Origin: Aquabacterium olei
Lineage (GTDB): Bacteria > Pseudomonadota > Gammaproteobacteria > Burkholderiales > Burkholderiaceae_C
Length of the DNA stretch: 62,547 bases
NCBI GenBank assembly: GCA_029279925.1
Contig: JAJUHM010000001.1
Location: 1 to 62,547, forward strand
Reading direction: 5' to 3'
A program made the position numbers and the translations under genes. Below the pieces are notes generated by a model, which was not told the origin of the DNA, did no database searches, and saw nothing but the letters and a program-made list of their open reading frames with translations. Positions 1 through 9,786 of the stretch are shown in pieces. Positions within the stretch are counted from its first letter, which is position 1. Every line of letters starts with the position of its first letter.

Positions 1-902
1 GTGCTGATCTCGGCGCCGGCCTCGGCCACGCCGATGATGATGGAGCGGCCCCAGCCCTTGTGGCAGCACTCGAGCGACTGGCGCATGGTCTTGACGTTGC
101 CGATGCACTCGAAGCTGTAGTCGGCACCGCCGTCCGTCAGCTGCACGATGGCATCGACGATGTTGCCGCCAGCGGCTTCCACGTCCTTCGGGTTCAGGAA
201 GTGCGTCATGCCGAACTGGCGCGCCATGGCCTCGCGTTCGGGGTTCAGGTCGATGCCGATGATCTTGTCGGCGCCCACCATCTTGGCGCCCTGGATCACG
301 TTCAGGCCGATGCCGCCCAGGCCGAAGACGACCACGTTGGCCCCGGCCTCCACCTTGGCGGTGAACAGCACGGCACCCACGCCGGTCGTCACGCCGCAGC
401 CGATGTAGCAGACCTTGTCGAAGGGTGCGTCAGGGCGGATCTTGGCCAGTGCAATTTCAGGCGCGACGATGTGGTTGGCAAAGGTGCTGGTGCCCATGTA
501 GTGCAGGATGGGCTGGCCATTGAGCGAGAAGCGCGAGGTGCCATCGGGCATCAGGCCCTTACCCTGCGTGGCGCGGATCTTCTGGCACAGGTTGGTCTTG
601 CGGCTCAGGCAGAACTTGCACTCGCGGCACTCGGGCGTGTAGAGCGGGATCACGTGGTCGCCGGGGCGCAGGCTCTTGACGCCCGGGCCCACGTCGACCA
701 CCACGCCGGCGCCTTCATGGCCCAGGATGGCGGGGAACAGGCATTCCGGATCGGCGCCCGACAACGTGTAGTAATCGGTGTGGCAGATGCCGGTGGCCTT
801 GACCTCGACGAGCACCTCGCCCTCTCGCGGGCCCTCCAGGTCGACGGTTTCGATGGTCAGTGGGGCACCGGCTTTCCAGGCGACGGCGGCACGGGTCTTC
901 AT
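1..902 (-). CDS. frmA: S-(hydroxymethyl)glutathione dehydrogenase / class III alcohol dehydrogenase; 3' end outside the window
   Basis: Not in the ORF track. Manual translation from ATG at 902 gives [12 protein letters not shown]...GICHTD...GHEGAG...CRECKFC...C and GLGGIG, the Zn-ADH class III motifs. Confidence 0.95.
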   Translation of the reverse strand, partial: MKTRAAVAWKAGAPLTIETVDLEGPREGEVLVEVKATGICHTDYYTLSGADPECLFPAILGHEGAGVVVDVGPGVKSLRPGDHVIPLYTPECRECKFCLSRKTNLCQKIRATQGKGLMPDGTSRFSLNGQPILHYMGTSTFANHIVAPEIALAKIRPDAPFDKVCYIGCGVTTGVGAVLFTAKVEAGANVVVFGLGGIGLNVIQGAKMVGADKIIGIDLNPEREAMARQFGMTHFLNPKDVEAAGGNIVDAIVQLTDGGADYSFECIGNVKTMRQSLECCHKGWGRSIIIGVAEAGAEIS

Positions 903-1182
903 GGGGGGACTCCTGTCTGTGTCCGAATGGGATGGGGGATGGGGGCGCCAGCGCGGGCGCAACACTGCACGATAGCGTCAAACCCATGACCCCGGAAGCC
1001 GGCGGTGCTTGCCATCGCGAAGGTGGCCGGCATGTGTCGCATGCAGTGCACCCAGGGCCGCTCACCTGGCTGGTACGCGCGGGTCCGGCGCTTGCCGAGC
1101 GAGGGCGACACGGCCTGTTGCGGCTGCTACGATCGGGCGCCCGCACGGTGCGTGCGGGCTTCCGCATCCTTCTGGTGACCTG

Positions 1183-2520
1183 GTGAACACGCGCTTTCTT
1201 CATCCTTCCACGGTGCTGGTGTTGTCGTTCCTCGCCGTCATCACGTTGGGAACGGTGCTGCTGATGCTGCCGTTTGCGTCGGCCCAGGGCACGGCCACAC
1301 CGCTGCTCACGGCCTTGTTCACCGCGACCTCGGCCGTGTGCGTGACGGGGCTGGCGGTGGTGGACACCGGCACCCACTGGAGTGGCGCCGGGCAGGTCGT
1401 CATCCTCGGGCTGTTCCAGGTGGGCGGCTTCGGCATGATGACCTCGGCCACCCTGATGGGCCTGCTGATCAACGCCCAGATGCGTCTGCGCACCCGCTTG
1501 CTGCTGCAGGCCGAGACCCATTCGCTGGCCCTGGGCGATGTGCGCAGCGTGGCGCGGCTGGTGCTGGTCGTCACGGCCGTGGTCGAGTCGGGCATGGCGG
1601 TCGCGCTGACGCTGCGCTTTGCCCTGGGCTACGACATGCCGTGGGACGAGGCAGCCTGGCAGGGGGTGTTCCACGCGGTGTCGGCCTTCAACAACGCGGG
1701 GTTCTCGACCTGGTCGGACAGCGTGATGCGCTTTGTGGGCGATGCCTGGGTACTGACGCCCCTGATGCTGGCCATCGTCATCGGCGGGCTGGGCTTTCCG
1801 GTGCTGCACGAGCTGCTGGCCGAGCGCGGCAGCCGGCGCCCCATGTGGTCCATGCACACCACGCTGACGGTCTGGGGCTCTGCGGCGCTCATCGTGCTGG
1901 GCACGGTCCTCTTCTTCTGGGCCGAGTTCGACAACCCGGGCACGCTCGGGCCGCTGGCGCTGGCCGACAAGGCCCTGGCGGCCTTGTTCACGTCGGTGTC
2001 GGCCCGCACGGCCGGCTTCAACGCGGTCGACATCGGCGCGCTCACCACCGAATCGCTGGCGGCCCATTACGCCCTGATGTTCATCGGCGGGGGCAGCGCC
2101 GGCACGGCCGGCGGCGTCAAGGTCACGACCTTCTTCGTGCTGATGCTGGTGGTGTGGAACGAGGTGCGCGGCCACCGCGATGTCGAGTTCCGCCGGCGCC
2201 GGGTGGCCGATTCCGTCCTGCGTCAGGCGTTCACCATCATGGCGCTCAGCGCGGCCACCGTGGCGCTGGCGCTGTTGCTCATCCTGCCGCTGAGCACGGC
2301 CTTCCCGCTGGAGAAGGTGCTGTTCGAGGTCATCTCCGCCTTTGCCACCGTCGGCCTGTCCACGGGCATCACGGCCGAGCTCGTTCCGGGCGCACAGTTC
2401 ATGCTGATCGTGCTGATGTTCGTCGGCCGGGTGGGCGTCGTCACCCTGGCCATGGCGCTGGCCACCAACCAGCTGCGTCGCCCCTACCGTTACCCCGAGG
2501 AGAAACCCATTGTTGGATAA
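1183..2520 (+). CDS. TrkH/KtrB family potassium uptake membrane subunit
   Basis: Repeated pore motifs SAVCVTGL, SAFNNAGF, SARTAGF, GTAGGVKVTT and SAFATVGLS. GTG start at 1183 chosen within ORF 1009..2520. Confidence 0.93.
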   Translation: MNTRFLHPSTVLVLSFLAVITLGTVLLMLPFASAQGTATPLLTALFTATSAVCVTGLAVVDTGTHWSGAGQVVILGLFQVGGFGMMTSATLMGLLINAQMRLRTRLLLQAETHSLALGDVRSVARLVLVVTAVVESGMAVALTLRFALGYDMPWDEAAWQGVFHAVSAFNNAGFSTWSDSVMRFVGDAWVLTPLMLAIVIGGLGFPVLHELLAERGSRRPMWSMHTTLTVWGSAALIVLGTVLFFWAEFDNPGTLGPLALADKALAALFTSVSARTAGFNAVDIGALTTESLAAHYALMFIGGGSAGTAGGVKVTTFFVLMLVVWNEVRGHRDVEFRRRRVADSVLRQAFTIMALSAATVALALLLILPLSTAFPLEKVLFEVISAFATVGLSTGITAELVPGAQFMLIVLMFVGRVGVVTLAMALATNQLRRPYRYPEEKPIVG

Positions 2521-3184
2521 GCATGCAAAGCACCGCTCAGGCAGCGTCGTGGTGATCGGGCTGGGGCGGTTCGGTGCGGGCGTGGCCCAGTCGCTCGTCA
2601 CGCTGGGCCATGACGTGCTGGCGATTGAGGAGGACGCCGACACCGTGCAATCGCTGTCGAGCGTGCTGCCGCACGTGGTGCAGGCCGACTCCACCGACCT
2701 CGAAACCCTCAAGCAACTGGCGGTCGGGGATTTTTCGCACGCGGTGGTGGCCATCGGCGGCAACCTCGAAGCCAGCGTGCTCACCATCCTCAACGTCAGC
2801 CAGCTGGGGGTCAAGGACATCTGGGCCAAGGCCATCGACCCGCGGCACGGGCGCATCGCCGAGCGGGTCGGCGCCCATCACGTGGTCTATCCCGAAGCCG
2901 ACATGGGAGAGCGCGTGGCCCACCTCGTCACCGGCAAGATGATCGATTTCATCGAGTTCGACGACGGCTTTGCGATTGCCAAGACCCGTTCGCCGATGGA
3001 GACGCACGGCAAGACGCTGGCGCAATCGAACGTGCGGCAACGCCATGGCGTGACCATCGTGGGCATCAAGCGGCGCCACCAGGACTTCATCTACGCCAAG
3101 GCCGAGACCGAGATCAAACCGGGCGACCACCTGATCGTGGCCGGCCCCACGCCCAAGGTCGAGCGCTTCGCGGCGCTGTACTGA
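2510..3184 (+). CDS. TrkA/KtrA family RCK regulatory subunit
   Basis: VIGLGRFG Rossmann motif plus a C-terminal TrkA_C-like region. Overlaps the end of the membrane subunit gene. Confidence 0.93.
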   Translation: MLDKHAKHRSGSVVVIGLGRFGAGVAQSLVTLGHDVLAIEEDADTVQSLSSVLPHVVQADSTDLETLKQLAVGDFSHAVVAIGGNLEASVLTILNVSQLGVKDIWAKAIDPRHGRIAERVGAHHVVYPEADMGERVAHLVTGKMIDFIEFDDGFAIAKTRSPMETHGKTLAQSNVRQRHGVTIVGIKRRHQDFIYAKAETEIKPGDHLIVAGPTPKVERFAALY

Positions 3185-3269
3185 GCTGTGACGCCCGGTG
3201 CGCTGCGGCCGATAATGGCAGGTTGCGGCGCATCAGGCGCTGCCCGTCCGCGTACCAGGAGCCTTCCGC

Positions 3270-4463
3270 ATGTTTCAGCACGTCGACGCCTATCCCGGCG
3301 ACCCCATCCTCACGCTCAACGAAGATTTCCAGAAGGACCCGCGCGCGGGCAAGATCAACCTGAGCATCGGCATCTACTTCGACAACGAAGGCCGCCTGCC
3401 GGTGATGAACGCCGTGCGCGAGGCCGAGTCGGCGCTGCTGTCGGCCATCGGCCCCAAGCCTTACCTGCCCATGACGGGCCACCCCGCCTACCGCGAGGCC
3501 GTGCAGCACCTGCTGTTCGGTGCCGACCATGAAGCGGTGCGCAGTGGCCGCATCGCCACCATCCAGACCCTGGGCGGCTCGGGCGGCCTGAAGGTGGGCG
3601 GCGACTTCCTCAAGCGCTACTTCCCGGATTCGCAGGTGTGGGTGAGCGACCCGACCTGGGACAACCACCGCGCGATGTTCGAAGGCGCGGGTTTCCAGGT
3701 CAACACCTACCCATACTACGACCCGGCCACCAAGGGCCTGAAGTTCGATGCCATGCTGACGGCGATCGACGCGCTGCCGGCCAAGAGCATCGTGCTGCTG
3801 CACGCCTGCTGCCACAACCCCACCGGCGTCGACCTGAACCCGGCGCAGTGGACGCAGCTGATCGAGGTGCTCAAGCGCCGCAACCTGCTGCCCTACCTCG
3901 ACATCGCCTACCAGGGCTTTGGTGACGGCATCGACGAAGACGCGTTCGCGCTGCGTGCGCTGGCGGACGCGGGCGTGAGCTTCTTCGTGGCCAACTCCTT
4001 CTCGAAGAGCTTCTCGCTGTACGGCGAGCGCGTGGGCGGCCTCAGCGTCGTCTGCCCCGACAAGGCCCAGGCGCAGCGGGTGCTGGGCCAGCTGATGTCG
4101 GCCGTGCGCCGCAACTACTCCAGCCCGCCCACGCACGGCGCGCAGATCGTGGCCCGCGTGCTGCAGACGCCCGCGCTGCGCCAGCTGTGGGCCGACGAGC
4201 TGACCGCCATGCGCGAGCGCATCAAGGTCATGCGCCAGCGGCTGTATGACGGCGTGGTGGCCCAGTTGCCCGGCCGTGACGTGCGCTACTTCATCGACCA
4301 GCGCGGCATGTTCAGCTACACCGGCGTGAGCCCCGAGCAGGCCGATGCCCTGCGCACCGAGCACGGCGTGTACGTGCTGCGCTCGGGTCGCATGTGCGCT
4401 GCCGGCCTGAACGCGAACAACGTCGACCGCGTGGCCGAGGCCTTCGCCGCCGTGCTGCGCTGA
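3270..4463 (+). CDS. tyrB: Aromatic amino acid aminotransferase (class I)
   Basis: [43 protein letters not shown] (PLP lysine) and SGRMC; AGGAG RBS. Confidence 0.92.
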   Translation: MFQHVDAYPGDPILTLNEDFQKDPRAGKINLSIGIYFDNEGRLPVMNAVREAESALLSAIGPKPYLPMTGHPAYREAVQHLLFGADHEAVRSGRIATIQTLGGSGGLKVGGDFLKRYFPDSQVWVSDPTWDNHRAMFEGAGFQVNTYPYYDPATKGLKFDAMLTAIDALPAKSIVLLHACCHNPTGVDLNPAQWTQLIEVLKRRNLLPYLDIAYQGFGDGIDEDAFALRALADAGVSFFVANSFSKSFSLYGERVGGLSVVCPDKAQAQRVLGQLMSAVRRNYSSPPTHGAQIVARVLQTPALRQLWADELTAMRERIKVMRQRLYDGVVAQLPGRDVRYFIDQRGMFSYTGVSPEQADALRTEHGVYVLRSGRMCAAGLNANNVDRVAEAFAAVLR

Positions 4464-4469
4464 ACGAAA

Positions 4470-4503
4470 AAAAGCCGGCCACCGCACAGGCTGGCCGGCT
4501 TTT
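4470..4503. terminator. Bidirectional intrinsic terminator
   Basis: AAAAGCCGGCCA...TGGCCGGCTTTT inverted repeat with A and T tails, between convergent genes. Confidence 0.85.
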
Positions 4504-4523
4504 GCTGCAGATGACGGAACGCT

Positions 4524-6098
4524 TCAGCCAGGGCGACCACTGAGCCTGAAGCGTCCCACCACCTCGGCCAGGTGGCGGGCCTGCTCGTGCAGGCTGCCCG
4601 CCGCAGCGGCCGATTCCTCCACCAGTGCCGCGTTCTGCTGCGTCATCTGGTCCAACTCGCTCACGGCCTCGTGCACCGTGCTCACGCCCTGACCCTGTTC
4701 GCGCGTGGCGTGCGCAATCTCCTGGATCAACTGGTTCACGCTGGCCACCGATCCCACGATGGACTGCATGCGCTCGCCCGCGTCGTGCACCAGCCGGGCG
4801 CCGTTCTCGACCTGCTCGGTCGAGGCCTGGATCAGGCTCTTGATTTCGCGGGCGGCCTGGGCGCTGCGCTTTGCCAGCGTGCGCACCTCACCGGCCACCA
4901 CGGCGAACCCCCGACCCTGTTCGCCGGCGCGGGCGGCCTCGACGGCGGCGTTCAGGGCGAGGATGTTCGTCTGGAAGGCGATGCCGTCGATCACGCTGAT
5001 GATCTCGCTGACCTTGCGGGCACTGGTGTGGATGGCCTCCATCGTGGCCACGACCTCGGCGACCACCTCGCCGCCCCGCTCGGCCTGTTCGGTGGCTGCA
5101 GCAGCCTGATGCTGGGCCGTGCCCGATGAGCTGCTGTTGTGCTGCACCGTGCTCGTCAGCTCCTCCATCGAGGTGGCGGTGCGCTGCAGACGGGCGGCCG
5201 CCTGTTCGGTGCGGGCACTGAGGTCGGTGTTGCCGGCCGCGATCTGTGCGCTGGCCAGGGCCACATGGTCCACGGCCTGCCTGACCTGGCTCACGGTCTG
5301 ATCCAGTCCGGCGCTCATGCTCTGCATGGCCTGCAGCAGGTGGGCGATCTCGTCCTGGCCCGCAGCGAGGGGGTGGGGCGCCTGCCCTTGGACGATGTCA
5401 CCCTGCGCAATGGCTTCTGCGCGTGCCACGGCCTCGCGCACGCCACGGGCCAGGTCCCGGGCGGTGCGTTCCCCGAGCACGGCCAGTACCAGGGCCAGCA
5501 GGAGGACGCCTCCCAGCGTCTCGGCCATCTGCAGCCGGAAGGTCTGTTGCAGGTCGTTGATGTACAGGCCCGAGCCGACCACCCAGCCCCAGGGGGCGAA
5601 GCCCTTGACGTAGGACACCTTGTCGACAGGGTGTTCCTCGCCCGGCCTGGGCCACTGATAGTGGACAAAGCCGCTGCCGTGCTGGCGAACCACCTGCACG
5701 AAGGCTTTGAACAGCGCCAGGCCGTTCGGGTCCTTCATGTCGCTGGCATCACGCCCATTCAATTCGGGCTTGATCGGGTGGTGCACCACCCGCGGGTGCA
5801 TGTCGTTCACCCAGAAGTACTCCGAGCCGCCATAACGCAGGCGATCGAGTGCGGCCAGGGCCTGGCGCTGGGCCTCGGCCCGCGTGAGACGGCCGACGCG
5901 TTCGCCCTCGTGGGCCCATTCGAGCACGCCGTGGGCCACTTCCACGGTGTGTTGCACCGCTCACTGGCGGTCTTCGAGCTGGTGGCGGTAGGACACCCAC
6001 AGCAGGGCGCAGGCCACGCCAAGCACGCTCAGCACGGAAGCCAGCACCAGGGCGCGCAGCCGGTGGGCCACGCTGATCTGTCTGAACCACGAAAACAT
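4524..6098 (-). pseudogene. Cache-domain methyl-accepting chemotaxis protein with an in-frame TGA at codon 46
   Basis: ATG at 6098 gives MFSWFRQISVAHRLRALVLASVLSVLGVACALLWVSYRHQLEDRQ* (TM1). The same frame continues as ORF 4524..5957 with sCache ([17 protein letters not shown]), TM2 and [26 protein letters not shown]. Stop at 5961-5963. Confidence 0.8.
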
Positions 6099-6429
6099 CT
6101 TGTGAACCAATCAGGGTCTGGTGAGGGGTACCCCGGGGTTCACCGGCCCGCCTGGCGGGGAAAGCCCGAGGCGGCTGCTGCCGTCTTGAGGTGCGGCAGT
6201 GGGTCGAATGCTAGGGGGGCGCTCCCCGCGGCGAATCTGCGAACAGTTGGCGTGCAAAGCGGTAATTTTTTGCATGCGGGCGCTTTGGCGACACGCGCAA
6301 AGGCGTTCCTGCGACCGAACGATCGTGCTGCGCCATAGGGACCATCCCCCGAACATGGGGGGCGCAATCTTGGCAAGAATGGTCTGCCCAGACCAACGCG
6401 GGCCGGCTGCGCCTGCAGGAGACACGGAG

Positions 6430-8115
6430 ATGGACAAGATCTGGCTCAGGCACTATCCGCCCGGCGTGCCGCACGAGGTGGACACGTCGGCCTACCGTTC
6501 GCTGGTGGCCTTGATGGACGAGGGGTTCCAGCGCCATGTGCGCCTGTCGGCGTTCGGCTTCATGGGCCAGCGATGGCAGTTTGCGGACATCGACACGGCG
6601 TCTCGGGCCATGGCGGGCTACCTGCAGAGCCTGGGCTTGCAGCCGGGCGACCGTGTGGCGGTGATGCTGCCCAACATCCCCCAGTACCCGGTGGCTGTGG
6701 CGGCCATCCTGCGCGCAGGCTATGTGGTGGTCAACGTCAACCCGCTGTACACGCCGCGCGAACTGCAGCACCAGTTGCGCGATTCGGGCAGCAAGGCCAT
6801 CGTCATCCTCGAGAACTTCGCCACCACGCTGCAGCAGGTGCTCAAGGACACGCCAGTGCAGCACATCGTGCTGGCCAGCATGGGCGACATGCTGGGCTGG
6901 TTCAAGGGCGCCCTGGTGAACCACGTGGTGCGCAAGGTCAAGAAGCTGGTGCCGGCCTACAGCCTGCCTTCGGCGGTGTCGTTCAAGGCGGCCCTCAAGC
7001 TGGGGCGCAGCCTGCCCTTCCGTCAGGCCGACCCGGGCCCCGATGATGTGGCCGTGCTGCAGTACACCGGCGGGACCACGGGTGTCAGCAAGGGGGCCAC
7101 CCTCCTGCACCGCAACATCATCGCCAACCTGCTGCAGTCCGAGGCGTGGAATGGCCCCATGCTCAAACAGATCCCGCCGGGCGAACAGGTGGCCACGGTG
7201 TGCGCCTTGCCGCTGTATCACATCTTCGGCTTCACGGTCTGCATGATGCTGGGCATGCGCATGGGCACGCTCAACATCCTGATCCCCAATCCGCGCGACC
7301 TGCCTGCAACGTTGAAGGAGCTGCAGAAGTGGCGCTTTCACAGCTTTCCGGCGGTCAACACGCTGTTCAACGCCTTGGCCCATCACCCCGATTTCGGCAA
7401 GGTGGACTGGAGCGGCCTGAAGCTGAGCGTGGGTGGCGGCATGGCCGTGCAGCACGCCACGGCCAAGCTCTGGAAGGACAAGACCGGCTGCCCGGTGGCC
7501 GAGGGCTACGGCCTGTCCGAGACCTCGCCGTCGGTCACGTGCAACCCGGTCCAGAGCACCGCGTTCAGCGGCACCATCGGCCTGCCCCTGCCCTCCACCG
7601 AGGTCACGATCCTGGATGACGATGGCCGCGAAATGCCGCTGGGCACGCCCGGCGAGCTGGCCGTGCGGGGCCCGCAGGTGATGGCGGGGTACTGGAACCG
7701 CCCCGAGGAGACGGCCAAGGTGATGACGGCCGACGGCTTTTTCCGCACGGGCGACATCGCCACCATGGACGAGCGCGGCTACGTCAAGATCGTCGACCGC
7801 AAGAAGGACATGATTCTGGTGTCCGGCTTCAACGTCTATCCCAACGAGGTGGAGGACGTGGTGGCTTCGCTCGAGGGCGTGCTCGAGTGCGCGGCCGTCG
7901 GCATGCCGGATGCCCAGTCTGGCGAGGCCGTGCGCCTGGTGGTGGTCAAGGCCGATCCGTCATTGACCGAGGAGCAGGTGCGTGCCCACTGCGCCCAGCA
8001 CCTGACAGGCTACAAGCGGCCCAAACTCATCGAGTTCCGCGCCGAGCTGCCCAAGACCCCGGTGGGCAAGATCCTGCGTCGGGCGCTGCGCGACGACCCG
8101 CCCCGGATGGGCTGA
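6430..8115 (+). CDS. fadD: Long-chain fatty acid-CoA ligase
   Basis: YTGGTTGVSKG, EGYGLSE, RTGD and PKTPVGKILRR motifs; GGAG RBS before ATG 6430. Confidence 0.9.
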   Translation: MDKIWLRHYPPGVPHEVDTSAYRSLVALMDEGFQRHVRLSAFGFMGQRWQFADIDTASRAMAGYLQSLGLQPGDRVAVMLPNIPQYPVAVAAILRAGYVVVNVNPLYTPRELQHQLRDSGSKAIVILENFATTLQQVLKDTPVQHIVLASMGDMLGWFKGALVNHVVRKVKKLVPAYSLPSAVSFKAALKLGRSLPFRQADPGPDDVAVLQYTGGTTGVSKGATLLHRNIIANLLQSEAWNGPMLKQIPPGEQVATVCALPLYHIFGFTVCMMLGMRMGTLNILIPNPRDLPATLKELQKWRFHSFPAVNTLFNALAHHPDFGKVDWSGLKLSVGGGMAVQHATAKLWKDKTGCPVAEGYGLSETSPSVTCNPVQSTAFSGTIGLPLPSTEVTILDDDGREMPLGTPGELAVRGPQVMAGYWNRPEETAKVMTADGFFRTGDIATMDERGYVKIVDRKKDMILVSGFNVYPNEVEDVVASLEGVLECAAVGMPDAQSGEAVRLVVVKADPSLTEEQVRAHCAQHLTGYKRPKLIEFRAELPKTPVGKILRRALRDDPPRMG

Positions 8116-8117
8116 GC

Positions 8118-8675
8118 TCAGTCCCGCCCCATCAGGCGCTGCGGCGTCACCTCGACAGAGGTGGTGCCATCGCTCACCCACATCGCGCCGTCCTGCACGC
8201 TGACCTGCAGCTGCATGCTGCGCTGGGCCAGCGCGGCCAGGGCCTGGCTCTGCTCGGCGGGCAACTGCCACACCGTCAGGTTCTGAGCTCGGGTGAGCTT
8301 GCTGGCGATGCCGTCCCACCAGATCGGCGTGCTGTTCTGGAAGGCCCACACGCTCACGCGACGGGCCCGGCCGGCCGCCTTCATCAGGCGCTTGTCGTCG
8401 GGCTGGCCCACCTCGACCCAGTGCAGGATCTCGTCGGAGAAGTTCTTCTGCCACAGGGCCGGTTCGTCCGGTTCCCACATGTCCTTGGCCAGCTCGATCG
8501 TGCCTTCGGAGGTGTCGGCCGGCCAGCCCAGGGCCAGGGCCAGCACGCGCACCATCATGCGTTCGTCGGTTTCGGACGGGTGGCGCGCGATCGTCACGCC
8601 GATGTCGGCGTAGACGTGGCGGTCCATGTCGGCCAGGTTGATCTGGGCTTTGTAGATGGTGGCTTTGAGCGCCAT
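8118..8675 (-). CDS. yaeQ: YaeQ family protein
   Basis: MALKATIYKA...ARHPSETDERMMVR...DEPALW...WVEVGQP signature. Confidence 0.92.
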   Translation of the reverse strand: MALKATIYKAQINLADMDRHVYADIGVTIARHPSETDERMMVRVLALALGWPADTSEGTIELAKDMWEPDEPALWQKNFSDEILHWVEVGQPDDKRLMKAAGRARRVSVWAFQNSTPIWWDGIASKLTRAQNLTVWQLPAEQSQALAALAQRSMQLQVSVQDGAMWVSDGTTSVEVTPQRLMGRD

Positions 8676-8712
8676 GGCGGTTCGGGCTGGGTCGCGGTGA
8701 GGAAACCCGCCA

Positions 8713-9588
8713 TCATCCCTTAAAAACGCCGTCCAGCCAGCCGGTGACGGCGGCCAGCACCTGATCCTGCTCGCGCTCGTTGAACACCTCGTGCGACAGG
8801 CGGGGCCAGGGCACGGCCGTGACCTGCGCCGCGGGGGCCGCTGCGGCAAAGGCCGCCGAGCCTTCGGGGCGGACGCAGCGGTCCTCGCCGCCCCAGGTGA
8901 TGAGCGTGGGCACGGACCACTGCGGGGCGCGGGCCAGCACGGTCTCGCCTGCGTCGAGCAGGAAGCGGGTCAGGCGGCCGGTGACGCGGTCGTGCACCAG
9001 CGGGTCGGCCTGGTAGGCGGCCACGGTGGCCGGGTTGTGGCAGATCCACTCGGGCTTGAGGCCGTTGCCCACGGCCACATCGGGCGTCAGCTTGCCCACG
9101 GTGGCCAGCAGCCCCTTCTGCACGGCGCTGATCGGGATTTGCAGCGCCGGGGAAGACAGCACCAGGGCCTCCACCGGACGCGCCCAGCGGGCCCCTTCGG
9201 GCGGCGAGACCTGCGCGGCCACGAAACGCGCTGCGATCGCCCCGCCCAGGCTGTGTCCGACCATCAGCAGCGGCAGCCCGGGGCAGGCCGCCCGCGCGGC
9301 GTCCACCACGGCGGCGGTGTCGTGCAGGAAGTCGTCGTCGGCCTGCAGGGCGCCACGCGGGCCGGGCGAGTGACCATGGCCGCGGTGGTCGCAGCCGAAG
9401 ACATGCCAGCCGTGGGCGTTCAGGGCCGCGGCCACATGGGCGTAGCGGCCCACGTGCTCACCCAGGCCGTGCACCAGCACGGCCACCCCCCGTGCGGGCT
9501 GGTCGGTGGGCAGTGGCCAGGACCGGGCTGCCAGGGGCAGGCCGTCGCGGGTCGTCACAGAGGCAGGAAAGCGCGGTGCAGGGCTCAT
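8713..9588 (-). CDS. Alpha/beta hydrolase, lysophospholipase/monoacylglycerol lipase type
   Basis: VHGLGEH, DHRGHG, GHSLGG nucleophile elbow, Y-x-x-DPLV, HEVFNE. Confidence 0.88.
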   Translation of the reverse strand: MSPAPRFPASVTTRDGLPLAARSWPLPTDQPARGVAVLVHGLGEHVGRYAHVAAALNAHGWHVFGCDHRGHGHSPGPRGALQADDDFLHDTAAVVDAARAACPGLPLLMVGHSLGGAIAARFVAAQVSPPEGARWARPVEALVLSSPALQIPISAVQKGLLATVGKLTPDVAVGNGLKPEWICHNPATVAAYQADPLVHDRVTGRLTRFLLDAGETVLARAPQWSVPTLITWGGEDRCVRPEGSAAFAAAAPAAQVTAVPWPRLSHEVFNEREQDQVLAAVTGWLDGVFKG

Positions 9589-9710
9589 GGTGGGGCGGGT
9601 CGAGGGCGCCTTCTCGGTACGGGGCGCGGTGAGCCGAGCGTAACGCAAGGCACCGCCCCGGGCTTGACCGGCGCCGACAGCGCGCGGGCGGTCACAGCGC
9701 AGAAACAGAC

Positions 9711-9740
9711 AAGCCGACCGGCGGGGGGCACGGTCGGCTT
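9711..9740 (-). terminator. Probable hairpin terminator downstream of the MCP gene
   Basis: Perfect 10-bp stem AAGCCGACCG...CGGTCGGCTT with a weak T-tract on the minus strand. Confidence 0.55.
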
Positions 9741-9786
9741 GGGGGCGGGCAAGAAGGGGCCGTCGAGGCCCGTCAAGGCCCGTGGG

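Noticed and set aside
741-743. FrmA reads DPECLFP where DPEG is usual
   Set aside because: A single substitution with the Zn ligands intact; nothing supports a functional claim.
715-2856. Long alternative-frame or antisense ORFs (e.g. 715..2856, 8791..11250, 31504..33804, 34889..37372, 58817..61132)
   Set aside because: They overlap well-supported genes, lack family motifs, and are expected shadows in high-GC coding DNA.
5961-5963. Selenocysteine recoding of the MCP TGA
   Set aside because: Not a redox or Cys position, no recognisable SECIS, and no precedent known to me in chemoreceptors.
6110-6320. GC-rich hairpins between the MCP and fadD as a riboswitch or sRNA
   Set aside because: No riboswitch consensus recognised; short stems are expected at this GC content. 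An Rfam scan would settle it.
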